NCBI GenBank assembly: GCA_965203325.1
Contig: OZ241875.1
Coordinates: 3,808,001 to 3,872,000 of the forward strand
DNA from: a bacterium
Lineage (GTDB): Bacteria; UBA8248
Direction of reading: 5' to 3'
Length of the DNA: 64,000 nt
Position numbers and translations under genes: made by a program. Each line of letters starts with the position of its first letter. Position 1 is the first letter of the stretch. Of the stretch, positions 40,830 through 50,678 are shown piece by piece. The notes under the pieces are model-generated. The model had not been told where the DNA came from, searched no databases, and saw nothing but the letters and a program-made list of their open reading frames with translations.

Positions 40830-41160
40830 CTCGTTGGTGTCTGGCCATCCTGAATCCAGCGGCCCTCCTGCCGTGTTTTTTTCGTCTATCCCATCGATGA
40901 ACCTCACGTCGGCCAGATGACGGAAGCTGCGTAGCCGGTGCCATCGATTCTCAGCGCTCATGGCGAACTGATGCACGAGACTCAGCGCCGTCTTCTCGCT
41001 CAGGCAGTTCCTGGTCTTCGCCGTTCGCAACTGGATGATGGCGAAGGTTGACTCGATAGGGTTCGTCGTCCGCAGACTCCGCCAGTGCGCTGCCGGGAAG
41101 TAGTAGAAGGCGAGCAACTCCTCCCCGAATGCCACTGCCATAGCCTTCCTCCTTGCTTTC
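40830..41160 (-). pseudogene. IS256-family transposase 3' remnant
   Basis: ELLAFYYFPAAHWRSLRTTNPIESTFA...RT.KT.NCLS; homologous to 47730-48010. Confidence 0.85.
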
Positions 41161-41193
41161 GCATGATTCTCGCTGGCTCGTTCCCCAGTTAGG

Positions 41194-42681
41194 CTAAGAC
41201 ACCACGCCATATTTCTCTCGAAAAGCCTCGACATAGTCTTTGTCCTGACAGATACAATTACCTTTAGAGTCTTTAGCGACTGGATACACTTGAAACCGTT
41301 CCTGCGGCTTGAGTACGTCGAGTTGCGCGATTGTGCTGTGTTCCGGTTCACTCTGACCCAGCCTCACCGCAGCGGCAGCGAGCAGGACGCCGGCCAAGGC
41401 GGACTGGTGGGCTAGTGGGACATGAACATCATCGGCGGGAACACCGATTTCATCCAGCGCAATTACGGCACCACCGCAAAAGCCCTCCGAATACAGATCA
41501 CGCAACGACCGGCCCTCGAAGGGCAAGAGTTTCTCGAGCGCAACGCCGCGCGCTACCGCTATCGCCTCCAGCAAACTCCTTGTTGCACCCTCTTTCTTGT
41601 GAAGCATGTTCCGTACCTCCATCAACTGGTCCGAAACGCCAAACGACTCGGCAATGATTACATCCTCGCTTCTTTGCTGACCATTCGGCTGGTACAGGCA
41701 GTTCACGCACGCACCGTTCGTGAAGTTGTGGACGGATACACCCAAGTCACCTGGCTGAGTCCATGCGTTGGCGATGCGACGGGGCAACGATGCCTGCGCT
41801 GCGCGACGATCATTCGCCGAGTCCAATGCCAAAAGGAGGACATCAGTCCTGCAACTTTCCCTCTCGAGGAATTCTGCCAAGCTGCATCCGTATGCTTCAG
41901 CTTTCAGTGGGCCGGCGAACTTTGCGGCCAAGAACTCTGCCTTAGGCTTGTTCTCTGCGTCTCGTTCGGCCAATACGTAGCGTTGAAGATTGCCTAGGTC
42001 GATCGATTCGTTATCCACAATCTCGATTGCTCCACTAACCTGAGCGCGAGACAGGGCCCAAGCTGTCGCGTTGCCGACGGCACCCGCGCCGGCGAGAACA
42101 AGGCGGCCAACGTCGCCCTTGACGTTGGGGTCGTCCGCAGCCGAGCCACATTCAACCGGAATTGCTAACTCCAGATCATGTTCGAGTTCAACTCCCTGCA
42201 AGTACAGGTGCCTGAACACATCCGCAGCAGCTAGACACGCCGCTAGTCCTGCACCAAACGGGTTATTGCTTTCCCCGCACATCTGCGGGTTACTACTCGA
42301 CAGTTTTGCAGTCCACCCGCTACAACCCACGAAAAGAGTTCGGGGCGCCTTCCGTATTCCGCTCACCGAACCAACGACCACCTCTACCGTCGGCGTCTGC
42401 GACAAGTCGACCCTTGGATTCACTCGCCTCGCCAACTCGGCAGCTTCGCGGCCAGCGCCGCCATTCGACTCATCACGAACCGCTATTGCCGGATACAGAC
42501 GAGCGAACAGCCGTACTAGGAGGTCTACGGCTGCACGACCCTCACTTCCGCTAGCGCTTGACCCTAGGGTCACCCCGACGCATACGTCTCCCAACATCGC
42601 CTCTAGACGCTTTTCGTCCAAACCGGAGATAGCTTGTGCAATAGCAACGGCGTTGCGTCGAAAGTAGTCAGGTGTTGCCAC
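41194..42681 (-). CDS. bilD: E1-like ThiF/MoeB ubiquitin-activating enzyme (type II Bil BilD-like)
   Basis: LAGAGAVG, D..NLQRY, ALDS, Zn ligands CVNC and CIC, candidate catalytic Cys in GFCGG. Confidence 0.8.
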   Translation of the reverse strand: MATPDYFRRNAVAIAQAISGLDEKRLEAMLGDVCVGVTLGSSASGSEGRAAVDLLVRLFARLYPAIAVRDESNGGAGREAAELARRVNPRVDLSQTPTVEVVVGSVSGIRKAPRTLFVGCSGWTAKLSSSNPQMCGESNNPFGAGLAACLAAADVFRHLYLQGVELEHDLELAIPVECGSAADDPNVKGDVGRLVLAGAGAVGNATAWALSRAQVSGAIEIVDNESIDLGNLQRYVLAERDAENKPKAEFLAAKFAGPLKAEAYGCSLAEFLERESCRTDVLLLALDSANDRRAAQASLPRRIANAWTQPGDLGVSVHNFTNGACVNCLYQPNGQQRSEDVIIAESFGVSDQLMEVRNMLHKKEGATRSLLEAIAVARGVALEKLLPFEGRSLRDLYSEGFCGGAVIALDEIGVPADDVHVPLAHQSALAGVLLAAAAVRLGQSEPEHSTIAQLDVLKPQERFQVYPVAKDSKGNCICQDKDYVEAFREKYGVVS

Positions 42682-42684
42682 GGA

Positions 42685-43170
42685 TCACCCCTCCATTTGC
42701 AGGATGTGCCGAGAATCAGTTGGTGATAGCTCCTCCCATCCATCACGGGACAAACGATATAGCGCGGTATCAGGTCCTCTCACGCCGTACCGGCAGAAGT
42801 CCGGAACCACCAAGGACAAGCCGCCAAGCGTGGTCACCATTGGAAACGCGTCATCCGTATCCGAGTGAAAAGCTTCGGTCGGGTGGGAGTGCACTTGTAC
42901 CGCAAGCCATTCGCCATTCTCGTACAACCACCGATTTAGTCGATCGAGCTCATCCCCCTCCACACAAACACAAAGTCCACTCGCGAATTGGTAAGCGGTT
43001 TGACGGGGATTATGAAACGTCCTGACAAGAAAGCGCTCCTTATCGATAACGCCGCTCCACAGCACGAAATGCTCATTCCGGCCAAGTCCTGCTTCGCGTA
43101 GTACTCGGTCTGTCTCATCACAGATGTGTTCCGGAACAATGAACTCGCAGATTGAACTGAAGGTCTTCAT
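42685..43170 (-). CDS. bilC: JAB/JAMM metallopeptidase (BilC-like)
   Basis: E..VLW...QVHSHPTEAFHSDTDD JAMM motif. Confidence 0.85.
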   Translation of the reverse strand: MKTFSSICEFIVPEHICDETDRVLREAGLGRNEHFVLWSGVIDKERFLVRTFHNPRQTAYQFASGLCVCVEGDELDRLNRWLYENGEWLAVQVHSHPTEAFHSDTDDAFPMVTTLGGLSLVVPDFCRYGVRGPDTALYRLSRDGWEELSPTDSRHILQMEG

Positions 43171-43775
43171 TCTGGTGCCACGCCGAAGTGGAACCCCACC
43201 TGCGGGATCATTTGCACATTGAATCCTACGATTGGTTCCAAGCCGTACTTGGAAACGATTTCCAATAGCCGTATTAGTCGCCCACCACCAGAGGGTCGAT
43301 ACAGTTCCCAGTGGTCTCCGCTATGCGCCGGGTGCTCGTGATACTCCCGGACGCCTGCAACACAAAGAAACGGGATGTCTTCCGGCCCGTACGCTTGCAT
43401 GAGTGGTTGCTGCGGCTGCACGTGCAATTGCACGTTTCCCTGGATCATTGCCGGCGCTTCGCTCCCTGGAAGTGACCGCAGCAACGGCGTGGGTAACTCG
43501 TCACTTCTGTACGGCACACAGGTCAACGGATGCACGAGCCGTACCGAGGGCGGTGCTGCGTCATAGTTCGTGTAGTCGAACCATACCCCGCACACGATCG
43601 CGATTGGTTGCGTCTTCGCAGTTGCGAGAATCACCAGCGCACACGGGAAGTCAGCTCGGACGAGAAACCATCCGCGGCGTCCATACTCTTCGGCCTGCGA
43701 CCGGAATTCGGCTATCTCTCGGTCGAATTTCCGGCGAGAGACAGCTGGGTCTACGAACTGCGCCTTATCCCACAC
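43167..43775 (-). CDS. bilB: Prokaryotic E2-like conjugating protein (BilB-like)
   Basis: DYTNYDAAPPSVRLV and PFLCVAGVREYHEHPAHSGDHW with a candidate catalytic Cys; lies between the Ubl and JAB genes. Confidence 0.78.
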   Translation of the reverse strand: MWDKAQFVDPAVSRRKFDREIAEFRSQAEEYGRRGWFLVRADFPCALVILATAKTQPIAIVCGVWFDYTNYDAAPPSVRLVHPLTCVPYRSDELPTPLLRSLPGSEAPAMIQGNVQLHVQPQQPLMQAYGPEDIPFLCVAGVREYHEHPAHSGDHWELYRPSGGGRLIRLLEIVSKYGLEPIVGFNVQMIPQVGFHFGVAPE

Positions 43776-44034
43776 AGCTGCCGCCCACGCCGGCTTTCAG
43801 GTTCAGAAATAACGTCGCCCCTTCCTTAATGCCGGATTGCGATATCTTTGTCCCCATGTCTATGATGGTTCCAGAACCGTCCCGAAGTTCCCAATTTTCT
43901 ATCGGTTGGCCCGAATTGCCCGACTCCTCCAGTGCTTTCGCAGCGGCTTCCCGGAACTCCCACCCTAAGTGGGCCGCCACAGGAACCGGCTGTCCATTGA
44001 CGATGAATTTCAGATCAACGTAATTGTCGCTCAT
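43765..44034 (-). CDS. bilA: Ubiquitin-like protein (DUF2604 / BilA-like)
   Basis: IVNGQP...ALEESGNSGQPIENWELRD..G...LFLNLKAGVGG plus a 4-aa extension; AGGAGG RBS. Confidence 0.82.
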   Translation of the reverse strand: MSDNYVDLKFIVNGQPVPVAAHLGWEFREAAAKALEESGNSGQPIENWELRDGSGTIIDMGTKISQSGIKEGATLFLNLKAGVGGSCVG

Positions 44035-44111
44035 CACGATTTCCTCCTAGATGATGTTCAAGGTGCTCAAGTTGCACACGTCGTACACGTTGCACACGTC
44101 GTACTGTGGGT

Positions 44112-44140
44112 ATTATGCACACTTGCCGCCTCGATTTCAA
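44112..44140 (-). promoter_or_regulatory. Sigma70-type promoter of the bil operon
   Basis: Minus strand TTGAAA-N17-CATAAT, about 75 bp upstream of bilA. Confidence 0.6.
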
Positions 44141-44469
44141 GAGGGAGGCGCAATGGCCGTCAGATTTCGTGGTCGCGACCCCACAACCGTCCCGGATCCC
44201 ACGACGACACTGCACGGACAGACCCCGCTGCAACAAACGCCCTGCGTTCGCCAGAACGGTCCGTTAGGGCGCATGCACAGGGGACCTCGACTGAACCAGA
44301 TGCAGCAACGCTAGAAGCGTCGGTGCCGTGACCGATCACAGGCTCTGTAATGAAAACAAAACCGCTGCTGATAAGAACGATGCGCCCCGTTTCCGCGTCC
44401 GCGATTTCTTGGGCACGGCGTGGCGGTTCCCGCTCACAGTCGGCCACCTGCGCGCTCTTCACCGTAACC

Positions 44470-45112
44470 CTGCTGGAAAGACGACAGAGCGCTCCGGTTC
44501 GACCCCTACACCTACATTCCCGTCCAGAAGGGCTTCCCGTACCTGGTGGCGGTGATGGACTGGACCATCCGCCGAGTGCTCTCCTTCAGACTCTCCAACA
44601 CCCTCGATGCCCGCTTCAGCACCGATACCCTCACAGATGCCTTGGAGCGCTACGACCCCCTCGAGAAATTTAACACTGACCAAGGCAGTCAATTCATTAG
44701 CCTAAAGTTCATCTCCGTGCTCAAGGACTCCGATGTTGCCATCTCCATGGACCGCACGGGCCGGTGAATGGACAACATCTTCATCGAGCGTCTGTGGCAC
44801 TCCCTCAAGTACGAGGCCGTCTACCTGCATGAGCTCTCGGACGGCTTCCAACCCAAGGAGGTGATTTCCCGGTGGGTGGCGTTTTACAACTACCAGCGCC
44901 ATCACTCGGCCTTGGGGCGTTCCGCCCCTGCCGAGGCCTACGACCGTGGGCTGCCGGCAGATACCCGCAAGAAACCTTTTCGCTCCACCCCCTCTCTCCC
45001 GCTTCCACCGGAACATGACGATGTGTTAAACAGAACCATGGCGGCATGACTTGCTATCCGAAATATACCTTGTTTTTGCCGCCATCCTGTCCTACGATTC
45101 AGAATCACCTCA
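44470..45112 (+). pseudogene. IS3-family OrfB remnant with right end
   Basis: YLVAVMDW..R.VLS, FNTDQGSQF, ISMD..GR*MDNIFIERLW.SLKYE, YN..RHHSALG; ends ...CACCTCA. Confidence 0.85.
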
Positions 45113-45137
45113 CTATTCCGTAGGAGGAAAACGGCAA

Positions 45138-45857
45138 ATGTCCGACGCAGTCAATTTTGACGTCAAATTCGTACCCGCCGGCACGGGACCGGCCGTCTGG
45201 GACGACCCTTACGCCGACCATGTCGTCCACCGGTTCATGCCCCCGGAGCGTAAGCATCCCCCGATGCTCGGCGTCATTCACATGGACGCCGTTCGCCCGA
45301 CCCCGGCGGTCCTGCGAAATGTCGTCGTGACCCTTGCCGAAGATGTAAAAGCAGGCCGATACGGTAGCTGCTCTTTGTTCATTTGCAGCCAGGACGAGGA
45401 CACGCGAAGCGTGATCGGCGATATTGCCGCATCCCAAAACATTGCGGTGTTCCTATGCTCCACTTACTCAGACCTCAAGTATGCGGAACCTGTTGGTGTT
45501 TTGACTGCCAAGGAGCACGAAACTCTCAGTCTAGTCTTCGAAGCCGGTGGGACCGTAAACGCATTGGACCTTGCCAAGCAGATCGGTATCGAGAAAACGG
45601 CTGCGAGCAACCGGTTGGTCTCGCTTCAGAAGAAGGGATTTGTCCTACGTGTCGAGCGTCCACATCCCGCCGGGGACCTTTTCGTTGATCCCCGCGCGCT
45701 CATCGGAGGGGAGACCGAAGCGGGCCCCCAGCTGGACAGCAGGGCGCTGGTCCCTAACCGCACCACCGTCGAGGCCATCGAGGCGGCGCGTCGGGGCGAC
45801 GTCGTGGAACTCGGCAGTCCGGCGGATGCGCTCGCCGATCTCAATAGCGACGATTGA
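45138..45857 (+). CDS. STAS-like + winged-HTH regulator (CapS-like) with a C-terminal DinJ/RelB-like antitoxin tail
   Basis: AGGAGG RBS; wHTH NALDLAKQIGIEKTAASNRLVSLQKKGFVLR; tail PNRTTVEAIEAARRG...ALADLNSDD; N-terminal alpha/beta domain assigned by inference. Confidence 0.6.
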   Translation: MSDAVNFDVKFVPAGTGPAVWDDPYADHVVHRFMPPERKHPPMLGVIHMDAVRPTPAVLRNVVVTLAEDVKAGRYGSCSLFICSQDEDTRSVIGDIAASQNIAVFLCSTYSDLKYAEPVGVLTAKEHETLSLVFEAGGTVNALDLAKQIGIEKTAASNRLVSLQKKGFVLRVERPHPAGDLFVDPRALIGGETEAGPQLDSRALVPNRTTVEAIEAARRGDVVELGSPADALADLNSDD

Positions 45858-45872
45858 AGAATCCGGTCGGCT

Positions 45873-46172
45873 GTGGCCAGGAACCAGAAAGTCCGTACGG
45901 TCAAACGAACCGCTCAGTTCAAGAGAGATTTCAAACGTGCCAAGCGTGGCGTGCACGGCAGTCATCTTGACGAGACCCTTCTCGAAGCACTCGAACTGCT
46001 GGCGGCGGATGCGCCGCTACCAGATCGCTACGTCGACCATCAGATGAAAGGTCAGTTCAAAGACTGCCGGGACTGCCATCTGCGACCCGACCTCGTGTTG
46101 ATCTACCGAAAACGGGATTCCGACGTTCTGGAACTAGTTCGGCTCGGGTCCCACGCACAACTCGCGATCTGA
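45873..46172 (+). CDS. yafQ: YafQ-family (RelE superfamily) mRNA interferase toxin
   Basis: RTAQFKRDFKR...YVDHQMKG...RDCHLRPDLVLIY...LVRLGSH. Confidence 0.9.
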   Translation: MARNQKVRTVKRTAQFKRDFKRAKRGVHGSHLDETLLEALELLAADAPLPDRYVDHQMKGQFKDCRDCHLRPDLVLIYRKRDSDVLELVRLGSHAQLAI

Positions 46173-46177
46173 GAACA

Positions 46178-46335
46178 CCCGAACACATGCACTGACAGGG
46201 CAACTCCGGGCTACGCGAGAGTTTGAATTCATCCGCTTCCGATTTGATTACGTATTGCAGATAGGTAAATCCCCAACGAAGCTTAGAAAAACAAATACCT
46301 GCAACAGTTTCAACAAATTACAAGGATTTTTCGGC
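46178..46335. repeat. att-like dispersed repeat, copy 1
   Basis: GGCTACGC..GTTTG.ATTC..CCGCTTCCG.TTTGATTAC...AAATCCCCAACGAA...AACAGTTTCAACAAA.TACAAGGA shared with the copy at 51040-51200. Confidence 0.75.
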
Positions 46336-46402
46336 TGTTGGAAAATCCCCATTGCCTGTAAACGGGCATATAGCACGAATGAACGCACCTAAGGGACGGC
46401 AT

Positions 46403-46648
46403 TCATTCTTTTAAACGATATCTCCCAGGACCTTCCTTGATGAATCGCTCTTCTCCTTCGAATTTACTAGATGATTTGCAATACCTGGAAATAGTGCCTC
46501 TCACAGTTGCTTTAAATTCTTTGGGAATGTTTATCCTTTCTTCCTTACATATTTTGAGAACTTCATCGTAAATTTCCTTAAGGTCCGCTACTAGTTTTAA
46601 CCTACGAAGTGCTTTTGCAATAATAATTGCCCACTTGACCCAACTCAT
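46403..46648 (-). CDS. Small winged-helix (HARE-HTH-like) protein
   Basis: W..IIAKAL......LKEIYDEV...FKATVRGTISRY...F...GPGRYRL; AAAGGA RBS. Confidence 0.55.
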   Translation of the reverse strand: MSWVKWAIIIAKALRRLKLVADLKEIYDEVLKICKEERINIPKEFKATVRGTISRYCKSSSKFEGEERFIKEGPGRYRLKE

Positions 46649-46692
46649 TTTCGTCCTTTCTTTATGGGAAAAAGAAAACCCCCGACCGAAGC

Positions 46693-48036
46693 GAGTTACT
46701 CTCAGATCTAGTTTATGGCCTGAATTGAAGAAGGCGGCACATTCCTGCTGAACCAGTGTTGTCAGAAGCCCGTACATTCAGCACATAGGAAATGCTCCAC
46801 CATACACAAAGATACGACGCTTCCCTTTACGAATCCAGCCTTTCGAAACGAGTTGAGCGAACTGGTGCGCGAGGGCGCGCAGCGAATCATCCGCCAAGCT
46901 GTGAAAGCGGAGTTGGAGGCCTTTCAGGAAGAGCATTCTACCAAGCAAGACACGCGAGGCCGTCGCAGGAGGTTTTGGCGGGTGTCGGTCCAGTGCGGTT
47001 TCGTGTTCCCCGGACGCGGGACAGGAGCGGGGCGGGCCGGTGTTTCCGCTCGGAGTTGTTGCCGCCGTATTTGAAGAATACGAGGCGGGTGGAGGCGGTT
47101 TTACCGTGGCTGTACCTGAAGGGGATATCGACGATCGACTTCGGTGAGGCGCTCACGGCGCTGCTCGGTGAGTCGGTGAAGGGTTTGTCTGCGGTTACGA
47201 TTGCGCGGCTCAAGGGCGGCTGGGAGCGCGACTACACGCAGTGGCGCGAGCGGGACTGGTGCGGGGAGGAGTTCGTGTATCTGTGGGCGGACTGCATCTA
47301 CGTGAACGTGCGCAGCGGGGAGCAACGTTGTCTACTGGTGGTTGTGGGCTGCCACGCGCGTGGCCACAAGCACTTCCTGGCCCTGGAGGCAGGGTTCCGT
47401 GAATCGAAGGAGAGTTGGAAGGCGGTGTTGTTGAGTTTGCGGGACCGGGGCGTGAAGGCGGCGAAGCTGGCGGTGGGCGACAGAGGGCTGGGGTTCTGGT
47501 CGGCACTGGCCGAGATGTATCCCGAGACGCGGGCGCAGCGCTGCTGGGTACACAAGACAGCGAACGTGCTCGAGAAGTTTCCCAAACGCATTCAGGACGA
47601 AGCGAAGACGATGCTGCACGAGATATGGCGGGGCCAACACCCGGATGAATGCACACAAGGCGCTCACACGCTTCCTCGCCATTTGGGAGGCGAAGTACCC
47701 GAAAGCCGCCGAATCCCTGGCGAGGTACCAGGAGGAACTGCTCGTCTTCTACGACTTCCCGGCGGCGCACTGGCAAAGCCTCCGGACGCCGAACCCCATC
47801 GAGTTGACCTTCGCCACGATACGTTTGCGAACGGCGAAGACCAAGAATTGTCTGAGCGAGAAGACGGCGCTGAGCATGGTTCACAAACTCGCCATAAGCG
47901 CCGAGAAGCGATGGTGCCGGCTACGCGGCTTTCGTCATCTGACCGACGTGAGGTTCATCAATGGGGTGAACGAAAAAGAACGGGCAGGAGGACCGCTGGC
48001 TTCAGGACGGCCATACACAAGATTTGACCGTAACTC
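46693..48036 (+). mobile_element. IS256-family element with a frameshifted transposase
   Basis: Imperfect TIR GAGTTACTCTCAGATCTAGT / ACAAGATTTGACCGTAACTC; LYLKGIST, QRCWVHK, RTPNPIE spread over three reading frames. Confidence 0.88.
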
Positions 48037-48040
48037 ACCA

Positions 48041-50458
48041 TCAATCTTTTGGTGCCATAGCTATACTAGTTTCGATGCGACGTTCGTAGTAGGCGATTTG
48101 TCGACTGATATCGGGATCTCCTACATTTTCTTCGGCTGTTTTCATTTTTTGTATCGCATCGTTAAATGTATCCAAATCTTTCTTTCGTTTGAATATTTCA
48201 ATTCCAATGTCACAGTAAGTAGATAACATATGCTTGTTTCCTGGATACCTATTCACACCGCTCACCGCTAATTCTCGTGCTCGATCAAGAATTACTAGAC
48301 GATCTTCATCCATAAGACCAGGCGCGTTTTTCGCACGCTCAAGAAAAAGGATTATCCGGTAGCGGTACACTGGCCCATCTTCACCAAAATCCTTGGAAAA
48401 AAGTCTAATCTCAGCTTCCGCTTCCTCAAATTGCCTCATGTCAATTAGGTTCTGAATCAAACGATGACGTGGTACTCTTTCCCCTGGAGCAACGGAGATC
48501 ATTTTTGCGAGCAAGCGATTTTGCTTGTGGCGATCTGCTATACGTCGGATACCAGTATTAACGCTGCAGAGTTGACGAAGTGTTCTCACTTCTATGTCAT
48601 AAATTGGATTAAGTGCACTAATAACCTGTTCGTATAAGTCAAAATAATTTTCCGTTTCGGCAAATTTATAATCGGCTATTATTTCCATGATTACACCGTG
48701 ACGCCCTCGCCAGCCGTAAATACCATCCCGCTCATTGACCACATACTCGCGGACGATTCCGTCCAAATGATCGAGAACAGCTGATATAGTTGTCATGTTT
48801 ATTCCTAATAAGCGAATTATCAACTGCCTGTGGACTCGTATTCCAGAACTTTCGAGTGCAGCCACGATCTTGTATATATCTTGATATTCTGAAGCGAGTA
48901 ATGCGTACTCACGCAAAAGAATGTCATCGAATTTCTCGGTCGCAAAAATGTTTTTAAGGCAGACAAACACATCTCGCTCACACCGTTCTTCAAGGCGGCG
49001 GCGCTGCTCTCCGGCAGAGAAATCCAGAAAGCTAGTATGAACGAGTTCTCGAACTGGAGTGCTGGTCTCAACCAACCGCAAAAGTTCAGTGATTTCATTC
49101 GCATTTAATTTTTCTAGCTCATAAATTTTTGAATTCGAGAATAATGCCGCTGATTTTATTCGGTGGTTCCAGCGATTTCGAGCTGACGAAACAACCACTC
49201 TTAAGTTCTTTATATCTGCGGCCGAAAGGGACTCAAACAAAATGTTGATTTCATGTAAGTGGCTATCACTGTCATCAATAAAGATAGCGCCATTTTTTCC
49301 TTCTTTCTCCAAATTCTTAGCTACATTAAGCCATTCATTGTGAAGAAGTTTATGATCTGACTTGTGTTCCCATAAATAGAAATTTCTCTTGGCTAAACTG
49401 TGCATGATTTGGCGCGCTGTAGTGGTTTTTCCAACGCCACCTGCTCCTAAAATAATTACTCCAAAGTGTTCGTTTTCGATAAGTTGCTTTTCTGCAATCT
49501 GTACTAAAGATCGCATGAACGTATTTCCAGAGGCTATGTCGCCGTAACTAGCCGGCCACCCGTTAAACATTTCACTTACGCGTGGAGGAAGTTGCGAACT
49601 ATGATGTACGTCTATTGTAATTGGAGAGAGGTAACGAGAGGCATCAAGCGGATCACTAGATTCTTCATATGCCGTGACTAAGTCAGGACCATGTTTAGTG
49701 AGGGATGCCGCAAATTCATCAATCCCAGCAAAGCACACTTTGAGTCCACGGATTTCATGCAGTTCAGCCCTTTCTTTGTTGGGAGTGTACATAAAAAGGT
49801 AAGTTGAACGGATGTTCATTGCCTGTTTACTGATAGATAATGCACGATTTACAATCTCTCTGATATATGGATCTGCCAAGGAATATCCGATAATAATTAA
49901 ATCCGCCCCTGCCAAATCTCGTTTTAATGAATCATAAAGATATTCTCGATATTCTTCGGTCAAGCTATAATCATTCTCGGTAATAATTAGCCGTGTCTTA
50001 CTTCCATCAGAAACGTCTTCTTCAATGCTGCCATGCAGTTTCATAAGCCGTAGTGAATTAGGCAACTTATCGGCATCGAAATCAAAATTTGATGCGTATA
50101 CTGCCAATGGTTCATTAAATCGCCCAAACGCTTGCTCAAGTAAATTGTCATAATTTGTTGTATAAATACTCTTCCATTTGAAGCGCGGAATAGTGAGTAA
50201 ACCACCAGTAGGCTCAATCCCAACAAAGAGTTCGCGCACGGCCTTAATCAAGTCCACTCGATTTCGACGTCTCTCTATAATGGCTGAAAGTTCGGGCAGA
50301 TTCAGGTCACTCGATTCGAGATCAAAATGTTGGGCAAGATGGTCACAGATTTGCATTGTACTTGGGGCACCAGATGGGATTGAAGAACCAGAGCCAAAAA
50401 GGAGTACTGTTTGTTCTGGATTGATTTCACTAACTAGTTGATCAATGGGAATTGGCAT
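48041..50458 (-). CDS. SIR2-like NADase + STAND NTPase + helical sensor (Avs5-like) defence protein
   Basis: LLFGSGSS, IYTTNYD, KLHGS, IIGYSLAD; Walker A GAGGVGKT; Walker B IFIDD; AT-rich. Confidence 0.8.
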   Translation of the reverse strand: MPIPIDQLVSEINPEQTVLLFGSGSSIPSGAPSTMQICDHLAQHFDLESSDLNLPELSAIIERRRNRVDLIKAVRELFVGIEPTGGLLTIPRFKWKSIYTTNYDNLLEQAFGRFNEPLAVYASNFDFDADKLPNSLRLMKLHGSIEEDVSDGSKTRLIITENDYSLTEEYREYLYDSLKRDLAGADLIIIGYSLADPYIREIVNRALSISKQAMNIRSTYLFMYTPNKERAELHEIRGLKVCFAGIDEFAASLTKHGPDLVTAYEESSDPLDASRYLSPITIDVHHSSQLPPRVSEMFNGWPASYGDIASGNTFMRSLVQIAEKQLIENEHFGVIILGAGGVGKTTTARQIMHSLAKRNFYLWEHKSDHKLLHNEWLNVAKNLEKEGKNGAIFIDDSDSHLHEINILFESLSAADIKNLRVVVSSARNRWNHRIKSAALFSNSKIYELEKLNANEITELLRLVETSTPVRELVHTSFLDFSAGEQRRRLEERCERDVFVCLKNIFATEKFDDILLREYALLASEYQDIYKIVAALESSGIRVHRQLIIRLLGINMTTISAVLDHLDGIVREYVVNERDGIYGWRGRHGVIMEIIADYKFAETENYFDLYEQVISALNPIYDIEVRTLRQLCSVNTGIRRIADRHKQNRLLAKMISVAPGERVPRHRLIQNLIDMRQFEEAEAEIRLFSKDFGEDGPVYRYRIILFLERAKNAPGLMDEDRLVILDRARELAVSGVNRYPGNKHMLSTYCDIGIEIFKRKKDLDTFNDAIQKMKTAEENVGDPDISRQIAYYERRIETSIAMAPKD

Positions 50459-50678
50459 TCTAGTTGTTGTCCTTTTATCCTCGTGCCCACGCCTAGAATA
50501 GAAAAAGGGGATTGAAGTACGTGTGCAAGTTGCTTCTTCATTCAATGCCCATCATCAATTTAATCCATTTTCAAACCAAGTCCAAGTCACACCGTTATTT
50601 GCCATTTTTTGGTTTCACATGCCAATTCAATTGAGCAAGTGATGTATATAATTCCCTAAATTTTTCTTAGTCAATGGA

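Noticed and set aside
44056..44104. Short repeats as a mini-CRISPR or a Cys-rich peptide (TTCATCTTCAT)
   Set aside because: No spacers or cas genes; the peptide start would overlap the -10 box with no RBS, so an operator explains it better
44152..44314. Short ORF with RBS as a remnant of a capK-like kinase
   Set aside because: No kinase or HATPase motif recognisable; only the position is suggestive
44765..44767. In-frame TGA joining ORFs 44546..44767 and 44768..45049 as possible selenocysteine or readthrough
   Set aside because: It falls at the Trp of the IS3 GRWMDN motif (TGG to TGA) in a decayed transposase, with no Cys context
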